The position numbers were made by a program, and so were the translations under genes. Below the pieces are notes generated by a model. That model ran no database searches. It had not been told where the DNA came from and saw nothing but the letters and a program-made list of their open reading frames with translations. Positions 8,852 to 18,923 of a stretch of 61,760 bases of DNA are shown here, piece by piece (position 1 is the first letter of the stretch; the number at the start of each line of letters is the position of its first letter). Source of the stretch: an uncultured Eubacteriales bacterium (GTDB lineage Bacteria > Bacillota > Clostridia > Lachnospirales > Lachnospiraceae); assembly GCA_900319095.1 (NCBI GenBank), contig ONNE01000064.1:1-61760 (forward strand), written 5' to 3'.

Positions 8852-10465
8852 TTATAACTGAGGACCTGCTGAAACAAGTGCTTTACCAGCTTCATTTCCC
8901 TCATATTTAGCAAAGTTCTTGATGAATCGTCCTGCGAGATCTTTTGCTTTCTCTTCCCACTCAGAAGCATCTGCATATGTATCACGAGGATCCAGAATAC
9001 CGGTATCAACACCCGGAAGCTCTGTCGGAACTTCAAAATCAAAGATCGGAATTTTCTTCGTCGGAGCATTCTTGATATCACCATTCAAAATCGCATCAAT
9101 GATACCACGCGTATCCTTGATCGTAATTCTCTTTCCGGTTCCGTTCCATCCTGTATTCACAAGATAAGCCTTGGCACCGCTCTTCTCCATCTTCTTTACA
9201 AGCTCTTCTGCGTATTTGGTCGGATGAAGTTCCAAAAATGCCTGACCAAAACATGCGGAGAACGTAGGAGTCGGCTCTGTGATACCTCTCTCTGTACCGG
9301 CAAGCTTTGCGGTAAATCCGGACAGGAAGTAGTATTTCGTCTGCTCCGGTGTCAAAATCGAAACCGGTGGAAGTACTCCAAAGGCATCTGCGGACAGGAA
9401 AATCACATTCTGTGCGTCCGGACCTGCCGAAATCGGATTTACTTTCTGTACAATGTTCTCAATGTGGTCAATTGGATAAGATACTCGAGTATTCTCTGTC
9501 ACAGACTTGTCAGCAAAATCAATGGTTCCCTTCTCATCCAGTGTGACATTCTCAAGAAGAGCATTTCTGCGAATGGCATTGTAAATATCCGGCTCAGACT
9601 CTTTGTCAAGGTTGATTACCTTGGCATAGCATCCACCCTCAAAGTTGAACACACCATTATCATCCCATCCGTGCTCATCATCACCGATCAGCAGACGCTT
9701 CGGATCGGTTGAAAGAGTCGTCTTACCGGTACCGGAAAGACCAAAGAAAATAGCTGTATTCTTACCTTCCATATCCGTGTTAGCGGAGCAGTGCATCGAA
9801 GCAATGCCCTTCAGTGGCAGATAGTAGTTCATCATGGAGAACATACCCTTCTTCATCTCACCGCCATACCATGTATTAATGATTACCTGCTCGCGGCTTG
9901 TGATGTTAAATACAACTGCTGTCTCTGAATTCAGTCCGAGCTCTTTGTAATTCTCAACCTTTGCCTTGGAAGCATTGTAAACAACAAAATCCGGCTCAAA
10001 ATCTTTCAGTTCATCCTCGGTCGGCTGAATGAACATATTCTTCACAAAGTGTGCCTGCCATGCAACCTCTACGATAAAACGAACCGCCATTCTGGTATCC
10101 TTATTGGCACCGCAGAACGCATCTACGACATAGAGCTTCTTATTTGACAGTTCCTTCAGCGCGATGTCTTTGACTGCCTTCCATGTCTCCTCCGTTGCCG
10201 GATGGTTATCATTCTTATATTCATCGGTTGTCCACCATACGGTGTCTTTTGAATTCTCATCCACAACGATGAATTTATCCTTAGGGGAACGTCCGGTGTA
10301 TACGCCCGTCATAACATTCACTGCTCCGAGCTCACTCTCCTGTCCCTTCTCATATCCCTCTAAATCCGCCTTTGTCTCTTCATCATATAACAGTTCAAAG
10401 GAAGGATTATAAACGATCTCTGTTGTTCCGGTAATACCATACTGACTCAAATTAATCTCTGCCAT
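8852..10465 (-). CDS. pckA: Phosphoenolpyruvate carboxykinase (ATP)
   Basis: [34 protein letters not shown] and NFEGGCYAK motifs. Likely ATG at 10465. Confidence 0.97.
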   Translation of the reverse strand: MAEINLSQYGITGTTEIVYNPSFELLYDEETKADLEGYEKGQESELGAVNVMTGVYTGRSPKDKFIVVDENSKDTVWWTTDEYKNDNHPATEETWKAVKDIALKELSNKKLYVVDAFCGANKDTRMAVRFIVEVAWQAHFVKNMFIQPTEDELKDFEPDFVVYNASKAKVENYKELGLNSETAVVFNITSREQVIINTWYGGEMKKGMFSMMNYYLPLKGIASMHCSANTDMEGKNTAIFFGLSGTGKTTLSTDPKRLLIGDDEHGWDDNGVFNFEGGCYAKVINLDKESEPDIYNAIRRNALLENVTLDEKGTIDFADKSVTENTRVSYPIDHIENIVQKVNPISAGPDAQNVIFLSADAFGVLPPVSILTPEQTKYYFLSGFTAKLAGTERGITEPTPTFSACFGQAFLELHPTKYAEELVKKMEKSGAKAYLVNTGWNGTGKRITIKDTRGIIDAILNGDIKNAPTKKIPIFDFEVPTELPGVDTGILDPRDTYADASEWEEKAKDLAGRFIKNFAKYEGNEAGKALVSAGPQL

Positions 10466-10507
10466 CTTACAAAAACCTCTTTTCTTTCTAATTTTTAGTG
10501 ATCCTAC

Positions 10508-10567
10508 GTGATTTTCAACAAAAATCACTACGCTTCCCATTATACATGATTCAAAATACAAAATCAA
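10508..10567 (-). promoter_or_regulatory. sigma-A promoter of pckA with a downstream inverted repeat
   Basis: TTGATT(10567-10562)-17-TATAAT(10544-10539). Perfect inverted repeat GTGATTTT-N5-AAAATCAC at 10508-10528. Confidence 0.65.
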
Positions 10568-10710
10568 CCAAAAACGTTACTTTAGATATAGAATATAGCC
10601 CAAAAATGTTATTGATAAAAATTATTATTTTCTCTTGAAATTTGCTTGTTTTTGTATTATTATATTGAGTAAGTTAACAATAATTTTTATCAAATAAGGA
10701 GGATACAACT

Positions 10711-10881
10711 ATGGCTTATAAAATTTCTGATTCTTGTATTAGTTGTGGATCTTGTGCATCTGAGTGTCCGGTAGGTGCTATTTCTGAGGGAGATGCTCAT
10801 TACGAGATTGATGCTTCTGCATGCCTGGATTGTGGTTCTTGTGCTGCTGCATGCCCAACCGGAGCCATTGATGCAGAATAA
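10711..10881 (+). CDS. fdx: 2[4Fe-4S] clostridial-type ferredoxin (56 aa)
   Basis: Missing from the ORF track. MAYKISDSCISCGSCASECPVGAISEGDAHYEIDASACLDCGSCAAACPTGAIDAE has two CxxCxxCxxxCP motifs. AGGAGG SD and upstream TTGAAA-17-TATTAT. Confidence 0.97.
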   Translation: MAYKISDSCISCGSCASECPVGAISEGDAHYEIDASACLDCGSCAAACPTGAIDAE

Positions 10882-10896
10882 TTTCTATGTGTGTGT

Positions 10897-10942
10897 ATAA
10901 AAAATAACAGCCCGATCGATTCGATCCGGCTGTTATTTTTAT
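10897..10942. terminator. Bidirectional intrinsic terminator between fdx and pgi
   Basis: AAAAATAACAGCC...GGCTGTTATTTTT between convergent genes. Confidence 0.85.
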
Positions 10943-10951
10943 GTACTTATC

Positions 10952-12301
10952 TTACAATCTGGCAGCTAATTCTTTGCTGAGTTCTTCATAACCAGGTTTG
11001 CCAAGAAGAGCGAACATATTCTTCTTATAGCTCTCAACACCCGGCTGATTGAATGGATTCACTCCGAGAATGTATCCGCTGATGCCACAGGCATATTCAA
11101 AGAAATAGAACAACTCACCCAGATAAAACTCATTCTGCTCCGGAACACGGATAATCAGGTTTGGAACATTGCCATCCGTATGTGCCAGCTGTGTTCCCTT
11201 CATGGCATTTTTATTGATAAAATCCATCGTCTTGCCGGCAAGATAATTCAGTCCATCCAGATCCTTCTCTTCTTCCTTTACAGTAATGTCCAGTGCCGGT
11301 TGCTCAAGCTCCATAACCGTCTCATACATAATGCGGGAGCCGTCCTGAATAAACTGTCCCATGGAGTGAAGATCGGTTGTGAGATCCACCGATGCCGGGA
11401 AAATGCCCTTCTGATCTTTTCCCTCGCTCTCTCCGTAGAGCTGTTTCCACCACTCTGCTACATAGTGGAAAATCGGCTCATAGTTTGCCAGAACCTCAAC
11501 ATCCTTGCCCTTCTGATGAAGAATGTTTCTCACGGTAGCATAGAGAATCGAATCATTTTTCTCAATCGGAGTCTCCAGACACAGCTTACGCATACTCTGG
11601 GCACCCTCCATCAGCTTTGTGATATCCGCACCGCTGACTGCAATTGGCAAAAGACCTACGGCAGTCAAAACCGAAAAACGTCCTCCGACATCATCCGGAA
11701 CCACAAAGGTCTCATAACCCTCTTCGGTCGCCAATCCTTTGAGCGCTCCCCTCGCCTTGTCCGTTGTCGCATAAATTCTCTTTGACGCCTCTTCTTTTCC
11801 ATATTTCTTTTCAAGCATCTCTTTAAAAATTCGGAATGCAATTGCCGGCTCTGTCGTAGTTCCTGACTTACTGATGACATTTACCGAAAAATCGCGGTCG
11901 CCAATCGTCTCGATCAGCTGTGAGAGATAGGTTCCGCTGATACTGTTCCCCGCATAGTAAATCTCAGGCGTCTTGCGAATGGATTTGTCCACACTGTTGT
12001 AAAAGCAATGGCGCAAAAATTCAATCGCTGCACGTGCACCGAGATAGGACCCACCAATACCAATCACAACCAAAACATCTGAATCCGACTGAATTTTCTG
12101 TGCTGCCTTTTGAATTCTGTCAAATTCTTCTTTGTCATAATCTACCGGCAGATCAATCCATCCAAGAAAATCATTCCCCGCACCACTTTTTTTCTCAAGC
12201 GTATCTCTCGCAGCATTCACTGCTGCCTTCATTGACTCAATCTCATCATCGCGGATAAACCCGGATGCCAAAGAGTAGTCAAACGTTACATGTTTTCCCA
12301 T
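10952..12301 (-). CDS. pgi: Glucose-6-phosphate isomerase
   Basis: [34 protein letters not shown] and NPFNQPGVE motifs. ATG at 12301 after GGAGGA. Confidence 0.97.
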   Translation of the reverse strand: MGKHVTFDYSLASGFIRDDEIESMKAAVNAARDTLEKKSGAGNDFLGWIDLPVDYDKEEFDRIQKAAQKIQSDSDVLVVIGIGGSYLGARAAIEFLRHCFYNSVDKSIRKTPEIYYAGNSISGTYLSQLIETIGDRDFSVNVISKSGTTTEPAIAFRIFKEMLEKKYGKEEASKRIYATTDKARGALKGLATEEGYETFVVPDDVGGRFSVLTAVGLLPIAVSGADITKLMEGAQSMRKLCLETPIEKNDSILYATVRNILHQKGKDVEVLANYEPIFHYVAEWWKQLYGESEGKDQKGIFPASVDLTTDLHSMGQFIQDGSRIMYETVMELEQPALDITVKEEEKDLDGLNYLAGKTMDFINKNAMKGTQLAHTDGNVPNLIIRVPEQNEFYLGELFYFFEYACGISGYILGVNPFNQPGVESYKKNMFALLGKPGYEELSKELAARL

Positions 12302-12371
12302 TTCATCCTCCATTCCGGAGCACCGGTGTCAGTTTCGCACCACCGTTCTCCTTGTAAAATCTTATACATAA

Positions 12372-12400
12372 ATTATACTTTTCCTAAATGGCTCTGTCAA
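12372..12400 (-). promoter_or_regulatory. Consensus sigma-A promoter of pgi
   Basis: TTGACA-17-TATAAT on the minus strand. Confidence 0.85.
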
Positions 12401-12403
12401 CCT

Positions 12404-13102
12404 TTAACCCATATATTCTCGGATAACATCGCGGATAATATCTTCTTCTTCCTTGGTAAATTCAATGGAAACCGGAGAACGATGACTGGTTTCTCTGGGA
12501 GAAAAATTCACAACTTTGTTTTCCCGCGCCGGATCATCATGAAAATACTCCTGTCTGTAATCACTGAGCATCTCTTCATGGAAGGTTTCATTCTCCAGTC
12601 TCGGCTTGTAAAGATTCTCCAGAAAATCAATGATGTCGATCCGCAAAAGCTCCCGGCGGTCAGCGATGTGATAGCAACAGTCAAAGAATAAGATCACACC
12701 ATTGCCCACAACTCCGCACAAAAGATTCATATAGGTCACTCTGACACTGAATCCCCAGAGCATCGAGCAGATGGTTCCACTCAGACTGAGCATCATGGAA
12801 CTGAGCATCAGCGTCTTACAAAATGCTTCCCATGAAGCGATCTTAATTCCCATTACCGTGTAGTGACGTATGTATTTTTCTACAAAGACCGGTACATCCG
12901 GCACACCAATTTTTAATTTGTAGCATGCCTCAAATTTGGTTCTCAAATTTTTCATCAGCCGATGTTCTGAGCATCCCATATCCGTTGCTGCTCTGAGTAA
13001 TCTTGTATAAGTGTGGCTTACCATTCCGTTCACCAGTACGGCAATCACACACAGGGTCGCTGTTACCATGACAAAACCATATTCAAGTAAAAAATCAATC
13101 AT
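12404..13102 (-). CDS. Hypothetical membrane protein (3 TM)
   Basis: ATG at 13102 after AGGAG. One N-terminal and two central hydrophobic helices; charged C-terminus. Confidence 0.75.
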   Translation of the reverse strand: MIDFLLEYGFVMVTATLCVIAVLVNGMVSHTYTRLLRAATDMGCSEHRLMKNLRTKFEACYKLKIGVPDVPVFVEKYIRHYTVMGIKIASWEAFCKTLMLSSMMLSLSGTICSMLWGFSVRVTYMNLLCGVVGNGVILFFDCCYHIADRRELLRIDIIDFLENLYKPRLENETFHEEMLSDYRQEYFHDDPARENKVVNFSPRETSHRSPVSIEFTKEEEDIIRDVIREYMG

Positions 13103-13226
13103 TTTATCATCTCCTTTTCTTTTGTAGTTACAAGTATAACAACGAAGGGACAAACCGTATAGATGGTTTGTCCCTCTTTTCCAAAAATCGTTCTTCCTTT
13201 TTCGACAGCTCCCATGCTCTTTCGAC

Positions 13227-14300
13227 TTATTCCGACACCAAAGCTGCCTGGTCGATCAGATCCGACACTTTGATCACGGCATTTTGCTGATTGCTGGCCT
13301 TCATGGCATCCTGATACTGATACTTATTTTCATCGACATAGCGAACGGCCTCAAGCAGGCGCTCACTGGTCAGTTCCTCTTCCTGAATCACGTAACTGAA
13401 TCCCTGATTTTCAAATGACCTGGCATTCAGAATCTGGTCTCCACGACTCGCCTCCAGCGACAGTGGAATCAAAATATTCGGTTTATGAAGTGCCAGAAGT
13501 TCACAGATCGCATTTGCCCCGGCACGGGAAATGACAAAATCCGCTGCATCCAAAAGATCACACAATTCTTTCTGAATGTACTCATACTGCACATATCCCG
13601 GTGTACCAGCCAAAGACTCGTCAATCTTTCCTTTTCCGCACAGATGAATCACCTGATAATTTTCGAGAAGTTTCGGAAGAATTTCCCGAACCGCCTCATT
13701 CACTCTCACAGAGCCGAGGCTTCCACCAATTACAAGAATTACCGGCTTTTGTGCACTAAAATTACAAAAATCAAGACCTTTTAAGCGATTTCCTGAAAAC
13801 AGCTCCCCACGGATCGGTGTCCCCGTAAGATGTGCCTTGTCCTGTGGCAAATGTTCCAGCGTCTCCGGAAAATTTGCACAAATGATGGATGCCGATGACA
13901 GACACAGGCGGTTGGCCAGTCCCGGTGAAATATCCGACTCATGTAACACGCAGGGAACATGCCTGTGTTTTGCCGCTTTGACAACCGGAACCGTCACAAA
14001 TCCACCCTTTGAAAACACAACTGCCGGTCTCACCTGTTTGATGATTTTATCTGCCTCAGAAAAACCTTTCATGATCCGAAATGGATCCGTGAAATTTTTG
14101 ACATCAAAGTATCGTCTCAATTTTCCCGACGAAATACCGTAATATGGAATATCAAAATTTTTAATTAAATCCTTTTCAATCCCCTCTTTTGAGCCAATAT
14201 AATGAATCTCATATCCACGCTTTTGTAATTCGGGAATCAATGCAATATTGGGCGTGACATGTCCCGCAGTGCCACCGCCTGTCAAAATGATACGTTTCAA
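13227..14300 (-). CDS. murG: Undecaprenyl-PP-MurNAc-pentapeptide GlcNAc transferase MurG
   Basis: TGGGTAGHV, KGGFV, HESD, GGSLG, SRAGA and DQILNA motifs. TTG start at 14300 after GGAGGA. Confidence 0.95.
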   Translation of the reverse strand: MKRIILTGGGTAGHVTPNIALIPELQKRGYEIHYIGSKEGIEKDLIKNFDIPYYGISSGKLRRYFDVKNFTDPFRIMKGFSEADKIIKQVRPAVVFSKGGFVTVPVVKAAKHRHVPCVLHESDISPGLANRLCLSSASIICANFPETLEHLPQDKAHLTGTPIRGELFSGNRLKGLDFCNFSAQKPVILVIGGSLGSVRVNEAVREILPKLLENYQVIHLCGKGKIDESLAGTPGYVQYEYIQKELCDLLDAADFVISRAGANAICELLALHKPNILIPLSLEASRGDQILNARSFENQGFSYVIQEEELTSERLLEAVRYVDENKYQYQDAMKASNQQNAVIKVSDLIDQAALVSE

Positions 14301-14313
14301 TTCTTGTTCCTCC

Positions 14314-14727
14314 CTACATATTGGCCTTAATCTCCTCTGCAATCACCGTCAGATCCTCTGGCATCTCGCCCTGTTTCCATCCAATATCCACCGTGTCATT
14401 TTTAAAGCGCGGAATGACATGAACATGAAGATGAAATACCGTCTGTCCTGCTGCCTCACCGTTGTTTTGCAATATATTCACACCATCGCAGTCATAAGTC
14501 TTTTTCAGTGCTGTGGCAATTTTCTTGGCAACCACCATTATTTTGGAGACATCCTCATCCGTGATCTCAAAAATATTTGCTGCATGATTCTTCGGAAGGA
14601 TAATCACATGTCCCCTCGCTGCCGGATTAACATCCAGAATTGCCCGGAACGAGTCATCCTCGTACACTGCCGTGGAAGGAATATCCCCCGATAAAATCTT
14701 ACAAAAAATACAATTGTCATCTCTCAT
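14314..14727 (-). CDS. HIT family nucleotide hydrolase
   Basis: CIFCKI N-terminus and GQTVFHLHVHVIPR histidine triad. Confidence 0.95.
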   Translation of the reverse strand: MRDDNCIFCKILSGDIPSTAVYEDDSFRAILDVNPAARGHVIILPKNHAANIFEITDEDVSKIMVVAKKIATALKKTYDCDGVNILQNNGEAAGQTVFHLHVHVIPRFKNDTVDIGWKQGEMPEDLTVIAEEIKANM

Positions 14728-14775
14728 GTTATTTCCTCTCTTTCTGCCTGTGGCATATTCTTTTTTGTGATCTTT

Positions 14776-15759
14776 CTAAAACCGAAAGAGCGTATCCACT
14801 TCTCTCAGCAGATTAAAATCGCCTTGTGCCGACAAATCTCCCGACATAAAGGCTCCCTGAAACGTCTTGGAACCATTTAAAATTTCCTCCAGAATATCGG
14901 ATCGAACTTTCATCTTGACATCGGCATGATTCGATGTCCCCTGATAACAGTTCAACTGCTCTCCCTGAATATCCAGGACCAGATTCTCTTCGCGGTCTGT
15001 AATCTCCACATACAGGGATGCCTGCATGTTCTTATCCGGAGAAAAATGCCGGGTAAAACGATTGATATAATCGTCACCGGAACCACCCTCACCGAGCATT
15101 CCTTTAAACAGGCTCGCAAGCTCTTCAATGTCTTCTTTTTGTTTTTTTACATAATTGTCATTCGATACATAGGCAGACAGCTGCTCACTCTCCTGAGGCG
15201 TGAGCGATAGCGTGCTCCCCCGGAGAACGGACTTTTTGATCTGCATATTGCTGTTCGGAAACGCAACGGACTTGCGGGAAATCGTGCGGTAAAAATTCTC
15301 TGTCTTTTTTTCAATCATGAGATTGTAATCGGCATTTGTCTCAAACTCCACATGGTCATCGACATAGGCACACAGCCCCTCACTCGGAGCACCGCCTAAC
15401 ATCTCCCACGCGCGAATCAGGGAATACTCGGCCTCTCTCTCTCCGTAGGTGGTCGCCATAACCACCGGAAACATATAAATATGAGAAATCAGCTCTTTGT
15501 CACCGTACAGCCAGCACGAGTCCAGAAATTGCTGCATATAACCGCCAAAGCCAAACCACTCGACCGATACCGCCAAAATGACACCATCCACTTCTTTCAA
15601 TGTCTTTGGCAGAACCGCAATGCTGTTTTTTTCCTCATAAAGATTGTGGCGCTCTACCGTGACGCGAAGTTCTTCCAATACCTTCGTCATCTTCTCGATC
15701 ACAAATAAAGTCGGATCATCGATCAGACCTCTTCCACCATAATAAATATTAACTCTCAT
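14776..15759 (-). CDS. Flavodoxin-like N-terminal domain fused to an SCP2 sterol/lipid-binding domain
   Basis: DGVILAVSVEW..GGYMQQFLD resembles the NADPH-dependent FMN reductase fold. C-terminal ADVKMKV..D.LEEILNG..FQGAFMSGDL.AQGD is the SCP2 signature. Confidence 0.75.
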   Translation of the reverse strand: MRVNIYYGGRGLIDDPTLFVIEKMTKVLEELRVTVERHNLYEEKNSIAVLPKTLKEVDGVILAVSVEWFGFGGYMQQFLDSCWLYGDKELISHIYMFPVVMATTYGEREAEYSLIRAWEMLGGAPSEGLCAYVDDHVEFETNADYNLMIEKKTENFYRTISRKSVAFPNSNMQIKKSVLRGSTLSLTPQESEQLSAYVSNDNYVKKQKEDIEELASLFKGMLGEGGSGDDYINRFTRHFSPDKNMQASLYVEITDREENLVLDIQGEQLNCYQGTSNHADVKMKVRSDILEEILNGSKTFQGAFMSGDLSAQGDFNLLREVDTLFRF

Positions 15760-16372
15760 ACGTAACCTCCATCCGTCTTCCCTTTATGAAAATCAAACAC
15801 AAAATAATCCCCGCAACAAAACCACCGACATGGGCAGCATTGTCAATCGTCGGATCCAATGCTCCGCTGTAAAGACTGACTGCAAGATAGATAAGATATC
15901 GTGGAATCTGCCTCGCACCCGTATGCCTCCTTCCTGCGATCAGTAACACCAGCAGCGCACCCATCAATCCGTACACCGCACCGGATGCCCCACAGGAGAC
16001 TGCATTTTCTCCGGTAATATATACATTATAGGCAATCGAGGCAATTCCTGCAAGAATTCCGGAAAAAAGATAAATTCCCAAATATGCCACGCGCCCGATA
16101 ATCTGTTCAAGAGAAAATCCCAATATTAACAGCGAAACCATATTGTTAAACAAATGTTCAAATCCAAAGTGCAGGAAAAAATGAGTTACCAAACGATAAT
16201 ACTGGTGTTCCTCTAAGATCAACGGCTCATAGCTGGCACCCATCTGCAGCATAAAATCGGTATCATAGCTGGAGCCCCGGCTCTCGATATACAGAAACAC
16301 CAACACATTAATTCCAATCAGTATCATAGTGATCAGAGGTATCTTTGTCTCGATTTGATTTGCGTTCTCCAT
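15749..16372 (-). CDS. Rhomboid family intramembrane serine protease
   Basis: YYRLVTHFFLH, HLFNNM, GASG (catalytic Ser) and AHVGG (catalytic His). Confidence 0.93.
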   Translation of the reverse strand: MENANQIETKIPLITMILIGINVLVFLYIESRGSSYDTDFMLQMGASYEPLILEEHQYYRLVTHFFLHFGFEHLFNNMVSLLILGFSLEQIIGRVAYLGIYLFSGILAGIASIAYNVYITGENAVSCGASGAVYGLMGALLVLLIAGRRHTGARQIPRYLIYLAVSLYSGALDPTIDNAAHVGGFVAGIILCLIFIKGRRMEVTYES

Positions 16373-16492
16373 ATTCATCCCCTCTTACCCGGCTAAGTAC
16401 GTTTTATCATAAAATCCGTAATAGACGGTCATAGCTGTTTGTGTTATGATTGTAACATAAACAAATATTTCGGTCAATGGACTTAAAAAGGA

Positions 16493-17809
16493 ATGAAAAC
16501 AGCTATGAATGTAACCGCCAGGACAAACGAAAAAAGTGAACAGTTCAATCCCTCTTATCCGGATTCTGCACGTGCCCTTCATGGAATCTCACTGGAAAAA
16601 GAGAATTTTCAAAAAGGTCCTGCCGATACAATCTTAGTGGATCTTGGCACCACAACGATCGCACTGATTCTGATGGAACAGACAAGCGGTGCGCTAAGGC
16701 AGTCCTATGTGTTTTCCAATCCCCATCGAAAATATGGGGCAGATGTTATATCCCGTATTCAGGCCTCTATGATTCATGACCGGAAAGATCTAAAGAGGGA
16801 ACTCATTGATGGAATCACACAAGCCTGCCTGCGTCTGTGCGAAAAAAACAAATCCGATCCCTCCCGGATTACCCGGTGTCTCATCGCTGGCAACACCGCT
16901 ATGATCCATCTTTTAATGGGATATGACTGTCGTCCCCTGTCATCCAGTCCGTTTCAGATTCAGGAAGCTTCTCCACAGCCGTTTTACTACAAGAATTGTC
17001 TGGTACAAATTGTCCCGTGGATCTCCGCCTTCCTTGGCGGTGATATCACAGCCGGTCTGTATGCCTGTTCTCTGGAACGTAGTCCGCAAACAAATCTCTT
17101 TATCGATCTCGGTACCAATGGTGAGATGGTTTTGTCTCACGGTGGAAAATTCTATGCTGCTGCCACCGCTGCCGGTCCGACTTTTGAGGGACAGGGTCTC
17201 TCACATGGATGTCCTGCCATTGATGGGGCGATTTCGCACATCAAATACCATCGCCTGCAACCATCTCTGACTACTATCCGCAACAAGATTCCAGTCGGAA
17301 TCTGTGGATCCGGTGCCATCTCGGCCACCGCCCGTCTTCTGGAACAGGGATATATGAATCCACAGGGAATCCTATCCTCTTCGTTTCCGGATCAGGGGAT
17401 TTTCCTGGCAAACCGGGTAGATGGCACTCCCATTTATTTTACAGCACAAGACTTGCGCAATGTACAAATGTCCGTCGCTGCCATTTCGGCCGGCATTCAG
17501 ACTCTCTTACACACGGCACGCATCCCGGCAAAAAAAGTTGACACGGTATATCTGGGCGGAGGATTCGGCTTTTTTCTTGATCTGGAAGACTGTCAGACCC
17601 TCAGGATGTTTACCGATATTTCATCCGATCGCATTCAAGTTTGTGGAAACACTTGTCTGCGTGGATTGTATAACATCTCTCAAAGTGAATCCTTTGAGCT
17701 CTCCCCACCTGTAATCCGAACGATCAATCTCGCTGAGAGCGAATACTTTAAAGCATGCTTTTTGTCACATATGTCATATGATAAACCGGATTCTTCCTCT
17801 AACACGTAA
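16493..17809 (+). CDS. ASKHA ATPase, RACo/DUF4445-like, lacking the N-terminal ferredoxin domain
   Basis: DLGTTT, YGADVISRI, AGNTAM, GGDITAG, DLGTNGE, AAGPTFEG, GICGSG and GGGFG motifs. Confidence 0.8.
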   Translation: MKTAMNVTARTNEKSEQFNPSYPDSARALHGISLEKENFQKGPADTILVDLGTTTIALILMEQTSGALRQSYVFSNPHRKYGADVISRIQASMIHDRKDLKRELIDGITQACLRLCEKNKSDPSRITRCLIAGNTAMIHLLMGYDCRPLSSSPFQIQEASPQPFYYKNCLVQIVPWISAFLGGDITAGLYACSLERSPQTNLFIDLGTNGEMVLSHGGKFYAAATAAGPTFEGQGLSHGCPAIDGAISHIKYHRLQPSLTTIRNKIPVGICGSGAISATARLLEQGYMNPQGILSSSFPDQGIFLANRVDGTPIYFTAQDLRNVQMSVAAISAGIQTLLHTARIPAKKVDTVYLGGGFGFFLDLEDCQTLRMFTDISSDRIQVCGNTCLRGLYNISQSESFELSPPVIRTINLAESEYFKACFLSHMSYDKPDSSSNT

Positions 17810-18914
17810 TTTCTGTCACATAGGATCTCTCACCGATGTGGAGAATATCGCCATCTTCCAAAGAGACGATCTCCCAGGGAACAACTCTTGTATGATTGTG
17901 ACAGATCATCTCTTCACACTCTTGGTTCAGAATATAAATCTGACCATCATCCTGCGTGATTCGGATTTTTCCCATTTCATAAGGAAAATAGGGGATCTTG
18001 ATCAACGGAGTTCCTCCCTTTTGGGGAATCAGACACATTTTATGTATGGAATCTGATTGAGCGCTCACAACGATATCCGTCACATTTTTGTTTTCCGGCA
18101 GTGTCTTTCGTATTCCATATGCACTCACCCCCACGACAAAACATGTCACTCCGATCAACTTGGAAAAATCCGGATTTTTTGATACCGGCTTTGTAAATAC
18201 TCCTATGTGCCATAAAATCCCTTCTATAGCAAGCGCTAAAAGACCAATTAAGATCGGCAGCCAATATTCTTTTAAAAATACATTTTTTTGAATTGGGACT
18301 GCCACGGTCCTGTTTTGTCTGTCCTCCTTCTCTTTTGTGCCGGGGACTTGTGACTCACTGTCTTTTTCCTGTTCATAGGAAAAACTCTTTGCCATATACT
18401 GCTCCATTCGTTCCAGTGTACAACCCTCTTCTTTTGTCAGTCTATGCATTCCATACACAAAAAATACAAGCTCTGTATTATTTTGATTGATTTTATCCAT
18501 CATGTACTCCAGCAAATACCCCATCTGTTTTACCGGATTTTTTCTGTCTTCCGCCTGATAGATTCCTGACAGCTCACCCGTAACCGGATCCACAAACAGT
18601 GTTTCTTCACGAATCACGAAATTGCGTCCATCCAGCAGATATTCCTCCAGCGTTTTCATCCGATCGATTAAGTCCATGAAAATTTTTTTGCATTCCTTTT
18701 GACCAAATGTCTCTTTTTTCAAATACTGTTCCAGGGAAATTTTTCCGGACAAATCATACAGATATTCCCTCGAGCCATTGATACACCGGACTTCCACCGG
18801 TAAAAATCCGGGAATCTCCTGATAAGAAAAAATTTTATCACTGTACGAATCGGATTTTGTCTCCGATACCCGAAGATAATTTACCGTTCCATCCTGTATT
18901 CTTTCTATTCGCAA
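17799..18914 (-). CDS. Tad-associated DUF6382-like protein with 2 TM helices and an FHA-like C-terminal remnant
   Basis: IPGFLP..ING..YLYDLSGKISL and EEYLLD motifs, two TM helices, and SLEDGDILHIG (FHA C-terminal strand). Last gene of the tad operon. Confidence 0.65.
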   Translation of the reverse strand: MRIERIQDGTVNYLRVSETKSDSYSDKIFSYQEIPGFLPVEVRCINGSREYLYDLSGKISLEQYLKKETFGQKECKKIFMDLIDRMKTLEEYLLDGRNFVIREETLFVDPVTGELSGIYQAEDRKNPVKQMGYLLEYMMDKINQNNTELVFFVYGMHRLTKEEGCTLERMEQYMAKSFSYEQEKDSESQVPGTKEKEDRQNRTVAVPIQKNVFLKEYWLPILIGLLALAIEGILWHIGVFTKPVSKNPDFSKLIGVTCFVVGVSAYGIRKTLPENKNVTDIVVSAQSDSIHKMCLIPQKGGTPLIKIPYFPYEMGKIRITQDDGQIYILNQECEEMICHNHTRVVPWEIVSLEDGDILHIGERSYVTEITC

Positions 18915-18923
18915 ACTCTCACC

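Noticed and set aside
10663-10680. Possible Rex box upstream of the ferredoxin
   Set aside because: Only the right half (TTAACAA) matches; the left half has several mismatches in AT-rich DNA.
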